Origin: Mobula hypostoma
Taxonomy: Eukaryota
Assembly: GCF_963921235.1 (NCBI RefSeq)
Contig: NC_086118.1
Location: 17,548,001 to 17,612,000, forward strand
DNA: 64,000 bases
Direction of reading: 5' to 3'
The notes below the pieces were generated by a model. The model was not told the DNA's origin. It did no database searches and worked only from the letters and a program-made list of their open reading frames with translations. The position numbers and the translations under genes were made by a program. Shown here in pieces: positions 21,623 through 33,600 of the stretch. The stretch's first letter is position 1. The number at the start of each line of letters is the position of its first letter.

Positions 21623-24600
21623 GTAACAACTTAATTCTTGTTGCAGTTTTTGTTTTTTTCCACCTTTGCTTGTCTACTTTCTGGATCACCACGTGTTGTG
21701 TACAAATTTCCTACTCTACTCTTTCTTTTGCATGTATTTGTATAATATTTTACACCTCTGTTTTAGATCATTCCAAAATCCTTCCAGACACGGAATACGT
21801 TTTTTTTTCCCTGCGTTGTAATTAATTCTGAGGTGACGCAGTGTGCAATAAGTTCTTAACCACCTCTGTTTGTTACTACTTCCAGGAGATGCTTAATTTG
21901 GTGACTGATTTAAGACTGTGCAGTATTGTATCCCAACTTCAGGGAGAAATGTTGACCAAAATGATGGATTGAAAATACAAGAGAATGTGAAATTATTTCT
22001 GAGATCTGGAGTTTAAAACCAGGAAGTGTTGGAAGTATTTGGATCAGGCAGCAACTGTGGATTGAGGGAAACTTCAAGGTTGGCAGGTGTTTAGAAGCTG
22101 TATCAGCGTGGATCAAAAATAACACACGTAGATTTGTAATAGGCTCCTACGCTGGATGAGTTTTGTCCCCAGGAGTTTTTGTTTCGCAAAATTGGATTAT
22201 TACTAGACTAAAATACAATGTGTTGCAGTACTGCAAATCCCATCAGTGTACAGTTAGGCAAAACTTCAGATCAGTATATTGTTTTCCTTTTCAAGGATGG
22301 ATTCAAGTCTTCTGTGGCCTCCCCACGGTTCCAGAAGCCCTCCGGGGTGCCTCTGAATTCCCGCTCCAGTGAGAACCAGGCGTGGACAAATCCTCGGAAG
22401 AGGGGCTTAGGTGGTACCGTTGGCTGCCTGCTGCAGTTACCCTAAGTGTCAGATGGTGAAAGTTAACTAACAACACTGCCAGCAGTTCTGTGGCATCGGA
22501 AAGTGGCACCGTCAAGAAGCAGCTGTTTGTCCTCCTGCCACATTTTTGGTATAAGGGAACGGGTCCTCTGGCAGAAAGAATGGGAAAATACTCAACAAAC
22601 TAAAGACTGGAGTCAGGGAGCAGTTTGTTGTTCAGATGGCCATCACCAGACTTCTGAAACAGACACTCTATTCTCAGTCCTCTCCTGGGATGGGACGAAC
22701 AGGCGAGAGAAAGGAAAAGATTCAGTGTTATGCTCAAAGCTACCCTGAAGGGATACAGCATTACCACTTACTGCTTGAAATTGCATGCCCATGACAGCTC
22801 AAAGTGAAGATGGCTCATAGGAACCTCGAGACCGTGCATTATTGACACACAGAAAGCATGGACTGCCTCACCCACTACAAATGGGTTTGGGTGTCATCAG
22901 TCACCTCAAAGCCTGCGAACGAGGAATGAAAGCAAGTAACCCTCATTCCTGAGGGATTGCTGAAGAAAATGAATTGTCTTGACGCACCATCCTCACCGAC
23001 AGACATTTGGCTTCAGTTACAAACAGCAAAAATGGCAGGACCAGAACAGCCTTTGCTCAGCAACTGTTCTGTAGGTCACGGAAAGCAGCCCGCTGAGCAG
23101 TGTCTGCCCCACGATTTGGACTTGCCTTTGTCTGGAGCAGTGGTTGCATTGGGTAATGGAAACAAACTGACTGGAACAATTTCACTTCGAGTTATGGCAG
23201 AGGAGAAAGGAAGAATGTTTTATAGAATCATAAAATCATAGCAGCCTTCAGAATAGGAGGAGGCCATTTAGGTGTTGGTGTCCATGAGCTGTGAGAAGTC
23301 AGCATGATAGTGTCCTGATGCAGAAAGCCTGGGAAGGGAGGTTAAAGCAAGGAAGGTCTGAGGTAAAGTGGAAAATGGGAGAGGATATGCCGTGAAAGTG
23401 ACGGTGCAGCATAGAAAGCCGACTAATAGTTCAAGTAAAGAACTAGAAGCCATATCTGGAGAGATGAATCTGACTTTGTTGGCAGAGTTTGTATCATCTG
23501 TCGTTGGTTTTAAGATGACTTGTGCTGCTTTCAAGTTGACATTTTGTGTGGGCAAAAGAGTGCTATGTGGAACATCTTTGTTCAGTCTAAAGGTAAGGCT
23601 CTGACTTTTCAGTAACTTTTCATTTTAGTTCCCCATCTGGCTCCATTCTGTCCTCTATTGTTCCAGTGAAGCTCCAGATAGTTGTAGGAACAGCCACTTC
23701 TTTTGTTACTCTAACCGAACAGAGTTCTCTGTATTCCCTCTGATTATTGTCCTTTGTTTTCATTGAATAGGGAAATACTCCGGAGCAGAAAGCTATTCAA
23801 TCCATTATATTCAAACAAACGACAGGAATTCTGCAGATGCTGGAAATTCAAGCAACATACATCAAAGTTGCTGGTGAACGCAGCAGGCCAGGCAGCATCT
23901 ATAGGAAGAGGTACAGTCGACGTTTCAGGCCGAGACCCTTCGTCAGGACCCTTCGTCCTGATGAAGGGTCTCGGCCTGAAACGTCGACTGTACCTCTTCC
24001 TATAGATGCTGCCTGGCCTGCTGCGTTCACCAGCAACTTTGATGTATGTTGCAATCCATTATATTGGCTGCTTTTATGAAAGAACAATTCCAATCAGTCT
24101 CCTTCCTTGTCCTTTTCCTGTAGATGCGTTTTTTTCCCCGATGAATATTTCGCAAGGGTGACCAGTTCCCCATTAAAAATTAAAACTTCTTCTCTCTCCA
24201 CACCCCCACTGCTTTTCAGACAGTGCACCCTAGATAACTCTAATTTCAGATAGCACTAGTTATCATTTAGTTTCAAATATTGCTCTTTACACAGGATGTT
24301 GGAGTGGAGAGTGAACCAGTCGTCAGTTCAGGTTGATTATCTTTAACCAGAGCTCTTTCTATCCACGGATGCTGCGTGACCTGCTGAGTGTTTCCCAACT
24401 GGTGACTTTATTTCAAGTTTTTAGAAACAAATAGGAAATAATCATCAAGGAGGTTTCCAGTGCCCCGGGTGATATTTAGCTCTCGGATCAACATATCTCA
24501 TTGTGGTAGTGTTGCTCTGTTTCACAAAGTGGCTGCAATTTTTGTGTAATTCATTTGGGGAGATCTTGTGGTTGTGAGAGATGCAATGTTCTTGTTTATC

Positions 24601-27600
24601 TCAGTAATGCAAGTTTGGGGGAAAAATTCAAAGAAAGACTGGCAGTAGAGAGATGATTTAAAATCAATATGGGGAATTATAACTAAATTAGGAAATAAAA
24701 TCTTGATCGCTGCGGTTTGGGGGAGCAGCATAATGCTGGATGCGGTTATATGGACTGAAATGAAGTATGACATTGATATAGACCAAACTGGTCAATATAT
24801 GGTTAATAATAAGCAGTTTGTTCACCTCAATGTGCTTTCCAAAGACCCATTTCATAGGAAGGCAAAAGTCATTGGAACTATCTACCAAGCAACCATTGTG
24901 AGTACACAAAGTCTCCGGAGTTCCAGTTTTATTTTGCATGTGTTGTTTCTAAAATCTTGATTAGAAGTGGTATATTAACACGTCTTTACACAATATCCAG
25001 AAAAGCAAATCATAGCACAGCAGACATAGTGATTTCTCTGTTTTTGTGTCCAATAACGGTACTTTTACAATACCCATTAAGTTCAGAATCAGAATTTAAT
25101 CACATTTATTATTATTGATTTATGATTAAAAAAATCTTTGAGCAGCCACACAATGCAAAGACAAGAATTACTATACAAAATGACTAGTGCAAAAATAGGG
25201 AATAATAAGATAGTGTTCATCCGTTCATGAAACTTTCAGAATTCTGATGACAGAGATTTAACATTGGAAGCAGGAGATTTAAGAGGGACATTAGGGAAAG
25301 TTTCTTTGCACTAAGAGTGGTACGTATTTGGAATGATCTGCCAGAAATAGTATTTTGAGATGGGCACATTGGCAACATCTTGGGAAAAAATATTGAGATA
25401 AGTACATGGGTAGGAGAGGCTTGGAGGTCTGCGGGTCAGATGTAGAGAGATGGGACAAGCTTGTTGGGTAGCACAGTTGGCAGGAGTTGTTCTGAAGAGC
25501 CTGTTCCCATGCTGAATATCTCTATGACTCTTTGACTTTTAAAAGCTTGAAATATACGTAATTGTAGACTTTTACATGTTTTGATCCCAGCAAGAATGTT
25601 TCCCTTTTCTTGCAGATATCTTCTCTTGTTTATGTACAGTACACTTTTCTGTATATCCAAAGTCTGAATTGAGGGAATTCTAATGCTTGAGAGTAGCCTG
25701 GTTCTACCTGTACTCCTGTTACCATATTTTTTTTGAACCTGGGTATAGAAGGAAAAATGGTTGCAGTGAAGTAGCACCTCTTATTTTCTTTCAGGATTTA
25801 CCAATGCAACTTTCACCAATGAAATATTTGGATGTACGTTATGCTGACAATAGACAAATTTGAGAGTGAAAGTCGTACTGATCTGATTCAGCACTTGTAC
25901 GCTGGTGAAGCTGTAGCTAATTTTATACAGTACTATGCAAAGGTCTTTAGGAATGTATATAGCTAGAGTGCCTTAGACTTTTGTACAGTACTGTTGTAAT
26001 CCTATGTGTTGCACTGTACTGCTGCCACAAAAAAACACAAATTTCATGACCTGCGTGAGTGAAGATAAACCTGATACTGATGTGGGTCTCCATTATGAAA
26101 GAGGGAGGGAGAGAGGTTCTGTAATCAATAAACCAATTGTTCGGAATCAAATGATCTTGCCAGTGTCTCAGGGACTGAGAGTGCCTGCACCTGTGCCACC
26201 GCTCCGGCCCTGTTTCTCCGCCACCTGTCCCCACACCTCTCCCATGGTCCCCCACCCTTGCCATTCCCATCCTTTGCTCCCACCAGATTTACAAACTTGC
26301 TCTCCACTCCATGTTGACAAATACAGTACTGTGCAAAAGCCTCAGGCAAGAAGAGGTTTGTGAACGCTTTTCAATTACCTGGTTTTCTGCATTAGTTACT
26401 CATTAAATCTTCAAGTCACAATAATAGACAAACACAATCTGCCTAAACTAATAACACACAAACAATTGTACTTTTTATGTCTTTATTGAAGACATTGTTT
26501 AATCATTCACAGTCCAGGCTGGAAAAAGTATGTCAACCCTTATATTTAATAACTGGTAAAAACCTCCTTTAGCAGCAATAACCTCCACCAAATGATTCCT
26601 GCAGCTGCTGATTGGACTTGCACAACAGCACGGAGGAATTTTAGACCATTTCTACATACAAAACTGTTCAGTTCATCAATATTTCTGGGATTCCTTGCAT
26701 GAACAGCTCTCTTCAGGTCAAGCCACAGCATCTCGATTGGGTTAAAGACTGGACTCTGACTTGGCCATTCCAAAACATAAATTTTCTTCTTCTTAAACCA
26801 TCTGTGACATCATCCGACTTCTATTAAGCTTCAGATGATAGACTGTTACTCTGACATTCGTCTGTAAAATTTCTTGATACAATTTTGAATATATTCCCTC
26901 AATGATTGCAAACTGTCCATGCCCTGAGGCAGTGAAGCAGCCCCAAACTATGATGCTCCTTCCACCATGCTTCACCGTTGGGGTGAGCAGTTGGTGTTGG
27001 TGTGGAGAGCCCTTTTACCTCCAAACATAGCGGTGTGCATTTCTGCCAAGAAGTTCAACTTTTGTCTCATCTGTCCAGAACGTTGTCCCAGGAGTGTTGT
27101 GGAGCATACAGGTGGTCTTTTGCAAACTTGGGACATGCAGCAGTATTTATTTTTGGAGAATAGTGGTTTCCTCTGTGGTGTCCTTCCATGAACACCATTC
27201 TTAATTGTTTTTCTTATAGTGGACACATGAACAGAGACTTCAGCAAGTTCTAGAGATTTCAGCAGGTCTTCTGCTGTTACCCTTGGGTTCTTTTTCACCT
27301 CCTTCAGCATTGTACGTTGTGCTGTTGGTGTGATCTTTGCAGAATGCCCACTCCCAAGGGAGAGTAGCAACAGTACAATTTCCTCCATTTGTAGACCATT
27401 TTTCTTACTGTAGACTGGTGAACACTCTGGTCTTTAGAAATGCTTCTGTAGCCTTTTCCAGCTTCATGCATCTCTACAATTCTTCGAAGGTCCGCTAAAA
27501 GTTGCTTCGATTGAGACATGGTGCACGTAAACAGATCTTCCTTGAGAACAGCAGGTTCTGTCAATAACCTGACTTTTGTTTCTATTTTTTATACAGGGCA

Positions 27601-30600
27601 ACCCATACCTCCAATCTCATCTCATTGATTGCAACACCTGCCTCCAAATAACTTTTGTAGAAAGCATTATCCCAGAGCTTCAAATACTTTTTTGAACCTA
27701 GATTATGATTGTTTAAATGATGGACTCACTATTGACAAGAAGTAGTACAATTGTTTGTGTGTTATTAGTTTAGGTAAATTCTGTTTGTCTATTATTGTAA
27801 CATATGAAAATGTGAGTAATGCTGAAAACGGGTTTTTCTTATATATTAATTTTTAATTTTATAGACGTACCCGCACACTACTATATGCACATCATCATCA
27901 TGAATCCCCACCATCTAGGCCAGATCATCTTCTTGCAGCTATCATCGGGCAGGAGGTACTGAATCCTGAAGTCCCAACACTTCTAGGTTCAAGAACACCT
28001 AATTCTCTTCTGCTACAGGTTTCCCCTGCTATCCGAAATTATAGCGTTCCTATGAAACCTTTCGTAAGCCTAAATGGCGTAAAGCGAAGAAGCAATTACC
28101 ATTAATTTATATGGGAAAAATTTTTGAGCATTCCCAGACCCAAAAAATAACCTACCAAATCATACCAAATAACACAAAGCCTAAAATAACACTAACACAT
28201 AGTAAAAGCAGGAATTATTTTCTTCAGTTCTTCTGGGAATTTTTTGGCAGCTTCAGTATCAGCCGAAGCACTCTCTCCCGTAACCTTTAAGCTATGAAGC
28301 TGCCCTCACCTCAAAAACCAATCAAACCACCCATGACTACCTTTAAATTCCAGTTCCGCAACACTTTCATCGCCATCGTCCAGTGCTTTCTGTTTCAGCT
28401 TATTAAAAAGACTGACTGATTTCACCTTAAGTATAAGATAACGGAACACCACGCTTTGTACACCCATCAATCCACTCAAGCAATAGACTTTCCATTTTAT
28501 CCATTACTGGATGCCGACTAAGAGACCACTTTGCTACGAGCAGAACCAATTGTAACATCAGCAGCTTTCAAGATTCTTTCTCTCTGCGTGTAAATAGTAC
28601 GAATGGTGGATGCAGGCAAGTTCGATGCATGCACAATGTCCTTATTTTGTTCACCATGATCGAAACGCTTAATTACGTCCAGTTTTACGCTAAGCGTAAC
28701 ACCCTTACGAGCTCTCTCAGGCTTTTCTGATACCTTAGGACACATCTTGCTGACAGATGCACAAAATAAATTGAGGTAAAGGACAGATGCTCACAGACAT
28801 GGTTCAAAGCTGTGGCGGCTCGATGTTGAGATGCTGAGTGTAGTTCCCGGGGAAGGCGCTTGGCGGCGCCACTCTCGCTGCTCGGGGTGCGCGCTGCCTC
28901 TATAACGGCTCACTGCAAAACAAACGCTGAATGCTATGTTCGCTTTTCACCTTTTTTCGTAAAAGTGAAAATCCTCTTCAGATTTCTTCTGGTTAGCGAA
29001 AACAGGTGCTAATGTAGGTCTTTTGTAAAAGCGAAGTGGTGTAAAGCGAACTTTCGAAAAGCAGGGGATACCTGTATTTAGGTTTTGAACCTACCTGCCC
29101 AGCCCAATCACTTCCTCAGTGCAGTAACACTGTGTCCACTTTGATTACTTTGCACTTCAGTGGGTGGAGTATTTTTTGTTTCTGTCCTTTACTGCATAAT
29201 GAATCTTTAACACAAGCGTTTCTACAGATACTGGAAATCCAGAGTAACATACAGTACATATGTAGGTAGCTAGGGTGCACAAGACTTTTGTATAATTAAT
29301 TCTATTAACAATTTATAAGATAACTGACATTGAAGGTGCTTTGCCAAAAACATGAATATCGGCATCTTGGAGTCAGAATATAGAAGAAATTCCCGCATGT
29401 ATTTTTGTTAAAAGGTGGTGGAGAGACTACGGATGCTGGAACCTGGAACAACAAACAACCTGCTGATCAAGCAGTGTCAGGATTGATGCAGGGTTTTGAC
29501 CTGAAACTTGGGTATTTTTCTCCCCTCACAGATACTACTCGATCAACACACATCAAAGTTGCTGGTGAACGCAGCGGGCCAGGCAGCATCTCTAGGAAGA
29601 GGTACAGTCGACGTTTCAGGTCCTGACTTGGTCCTGACGAAGGGTCTCGGCCTGAAATGTCGACTGTACCTCTTCCTAGAGTTGCTGCCTGGCCTGCTGC
29701 GTTCACCAGCAACTTTGATGTGTGTTGCTTGGATTTCCAGCATCTGCAGAAGTCCTGTTGTTTACTACTCGATCATCAAGTTTCTGCAGCAGGTTGTTGC
29801 TGTTTTTCAAAAGAACTGGTTAAATATTGTTAAAGTGCCACTGGATGTCAGTAGTGTACTTATGACCTTTGTTAAAGCACGCAGAAAGTGTTGTTGTGCG
29901 AAACTTGGTGATTACAATCTTTTACTTCAAATTTATTGTAGAGGGGAAGGTTTTCTAATCTGGTGTTTTAAAATAAACTATCCTTTTACTTGAAATACTT
30001 GAACACATACAGCAAATTCAATTTTTTGATGGTGAATTGTAAGTTCAGAGTTCTGAATAATCTCAAGAGTTACAAATAGCAGTTTGCATTGAGGCCAGTT
30101 GAGCTCCATTGACTGTTTTGTTTTGTATGTGTTGCAGATATCTCTTCAACTGTGGCGAAGGGACACAGAGGCTGATGCAAGAACACAAGTAAGGAGCACT
30201 CTCTTCTGGTTTGGTCTAATCAAACATGGGTGGAAATATCATCATGTTCGAGAATGGGTGATGTATTTAATTTATTCATGTTGTTCTCACCTTTAGGCTT
30301 AAGATTTCTCGTCTTGACAATGTTTTTGTGACCAGGATGAGTTGGAGCAATGTTGGAGGATTATCTGGTAAGAAAATGTGAAAGAAATTTTAAATTCAGG
30401 TGTTAATTTTTTTTCTGAAGTGGGTTCATTTGAAATTAGTGTGATCTCTAGCATTTGTGTTTTAATTACTTTAATATAAGAATGCGGGAAATGTTTCACA
30501 AAGCTAAATTCTTTGTGCGAAATTACTTCAGGACTGTGAGGATCCTGAAGGGTACAATTGCATTATATGCCAGTCTCGTGGCTATATGGGAATGAGGCTA

Positions 30601-33600
30601 AGTAATTTGGTTAGCTTCTTCAGAGTAAGTCATGTTAATCTGGGAACAGAGAAAATTGGCAGACTTTTTTTGCTTAACCTGCCACAAGGGCTAATGCCAT
30701 GCTTTTAAAAATGTTTTTCCCAGGTATGATTCTAACATTGAAGGACACTGGTGTTCCCAAATGTGTGTTTTCTGGACCACCGCAAATTGTGAGTAGGAGT
30801 GGACTGCATCTCTCGTCAAGTTGCATTTTCAGTGGGTAACCACATGCAGGGGGAGATAGAAATATCGATCGTGTCTGCTGTATGTGATCTGCATGTCAAC
30901 ATGAAGAATTGGAAACAATCCATCTGTTGCTCTTGTCCTGTTGGGCGTTGCTGGCTGCCTCACATTCTAAATGCTGAACAAAAGCTTTGGCAGGGTAGTG
31001 TTAATTATTGTCATAAGAGCCCTTGATAATTTCTTGCCATTTGCTTCTTTTATCCCAAAGCTACACTGCTTTGTTTTCCATTTTCATCATTGCATCTCTT
31101 TACTATCTAATCATCTATTAAAATACTGCAGGGCCACCTCATCCTTGCTACACATACTAACTTCATCTCAGGTGTTATGCTTGGTCCCAAGCACTTTCCT
31201 CCTGGCCTCCAATGTTGTTTCTTGTATTAACATGAACTTGTCTCACCCTAATCCCTTGGATTCCTCTATTGTATGTTCCATTGGTTCTTTTCATGAGCCT
31301 GTTTTTTCTTGGCTAATCCTCTACTTCACCATTGCCAGCTACTTTTACGGCCTCGCTCTCTGCCCCCTCACTCTCAGTACCTTTGCCCACTCAGCTTGCA
31401 AAGACCTCTGTCAGCTGCTCTTGCCTATCTCTTCCCTTTTTCGTTGTGTCCCTGAGAATTGTGTAAATGTAGAGTGGGTTGGTTGGGGTTTGGTAATTGT
31501 GCTGTATCCCCTCCCTGTTGCCACTTGTGTACCTGCCTCATCCCCTGCCTAGTGCCAGCTTGGCTCCTTTTTGTTTCTGTCTTTGAATTGTGGACAGCAC
31601 TGAACAGTGAGCCTGCAACCTTGGTTGCAGAATTGGGGCAAGGTATCAAACTAACGGAAGACATTGCATTTGTGAAGTACCTCAAATAACTTGGAAATGC
31701 TCTGAAGTACTTTTGGGACTCAATAGCTGTTGGTAATACTATTACAATGTTAAATGTAAGCTAGGATGAGGCTGTTGTAATTCTCCTGTGAAGCACATCC
31801 ATGGGAACTTTGACATTCATCTGATCTGAAAGAAGGAAGCTCAGACACTGTGCTACCAGCTGAGGCAGAACTTTTGCCTATCAAAACTCATGGAAGGCCT
31901 TTTTGACATTATAGGAAAAGGCAGTTTTCTGATTTACGAAGACCTTGCTGTGAGACCTCAACTTTCCTCAATGATGTTGCAAACAGAAGTTACTGGTATT
32001 ACACAATACTGAAGCACGTGCATTCAAAGAATAGAGGGGATAATTTCGGGTGAATGGGGGACCAACACCTCAAGGATGTGTCCTTAGTTCACTGTTCTAC
32101 TCTCTCTACACCCACAGCTGTGTGGCTAAGCACAGCTCAAATGCTATCTATAAATTCGCTGCTGACAGTGATTGTTGCCATCATTTCAAATGATGTGGTG
32201 GTGTAAGGGAGCGAGATAGATCGGATAGTTGAGTGGTTTCACAATAACAACCTTGCACTCAGCAGCAATAAGGCTAAAAGAACAGTTTATAGTAGTCACA
32301 CAACAGTGAATCAACCTGTGTATTAAGCTTTTAGCATTGCACGTTCTCTACTGGCTCATTTGAAACGTGTGTGTGAATCAATTAACATCTTTTTCTCTTT
32401 TCTTTTCTGGAAAGGGAAAATACCTATCAGCAATAAGGACATTCTCTGGCCCGTTACAAGGAATAGATTTAGGTAGGATTTATGTATTTAATAATTGCAG
32501 AACTGGTATGTACATGAGTCTTCAAAAAATTGAAGTGTTCTGTCTTTTCAGCTGTACGGCCTTACACAGAGCCCCAGTACATTGATGATACTATGACTGT
32601 GCATCAGGTGCCCATATTTGGTAAGTTATTTCACCTTTTTCCACTGGTTTTCTTTAGCTTCCCTTCCATGGGAAGAGTTGCCAGTTTCCTTGCAGCGGCT
32701 GCTGTGCTGTTAAAAGTAGGAGTCAGACTCTGGTTGATCCCACACAAACCCCGTCTAGAACAGCTCAGAATCGTTGCCAGCTTTGGATAAGTAGAAATGT
32801 TTAATCTATATAAGATTATAGTTGAGGTACTTGCACATCAGATATTTCCACACTTGAAATGTATTTCAGCTTTTAGCTTTGAGAGATTGTTCCCCTGAAC
32901 TGTAGGGTTGTTGCATACATATTTATTTTAAAACAATCAAAATTTTTGATATTGGATGAGGTGTAAAGTGGTTATTAGAAACACAGTGGTAGTATCTTGA
33001 GCTCCAGGAAAGATTTCACAAAAATCTCCATGTAATTCTGTTAGCTAAGGTCAAAACTTTGATAAAAAATTTTTATGGATATGAAGTTGACAGGTAGTAG
33101 GGTGACATTGGAATGGATTTGTAAGTAATTGATAGCAAAAATAGTTATTTTTATCAATAACGTAGGCCCAGTCCCAAGTGTAAAGTGGAATGACCTGTGT
33201 ATCAAACTAGGAGAATCCGTGGAATAGATAAGGCAACTTGATTTTTTAATCTAATCAGGTTAAAAGAGACTGAGAACATAGAGCATAGATAAGTGCAGTT
33301 CAGGCCCTGCAGCCCACAGTGTTGTACTGACCTTTTAACTTACCTTAAAAATCAATCTAACCCTTCCATCCCACTTAGCATTTCACTTTTCATTCATCTG
33401 CATGCCTGCTGGAATCCTGTTGGACTCTACTTTCAGGATGTCCAATGAATTGGCAGTTGACAAAGCCAATAGTACATTAAATGACAAAAGAGAGCTACAA
33501 GTCTGAAGTAGTAGTGATGGATTCAGCAATACTAAAGCAAGGCTTAATTTGATTACTTTTTCTCAAAGATTACATTTGACTTGTGGTCTTATGTTTTTCA

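Larger units (their letters stand above)
23812..24051. mobile_element. Palindromic Penelope-derived mini-element with two back-to-back hammerhead motifs
   Basis: 14-bp TSD CAATCCATTATATT (23798-23811 / 24052-24065); ~98-bp inverted arms with one mismatch and a 5-nt loop. Confidence 0.9.

Noticed and set aside
21172..21825. 217-aa ORF and antisense 176/112-aa ORFs over the CpG island
   Set aside because: Off-frame or antisense shadows of GC-rich ELAC2 exon 1; the frame of 21240-21626 is the one matching ELAC2.
24522..24960. NUMT or GPCR pseudogene interpretation of the unclassified repeat
   Set aside because: Translations in standard and mitochondrial codes gave no convincing match that I could recognise.
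30971..31552. 193-aa hydrophobic intronic ORF
   Set aside because: Pyrimidine-rich low-complexity sequence with no recognisable domain or splice support; probably decayed repeat.
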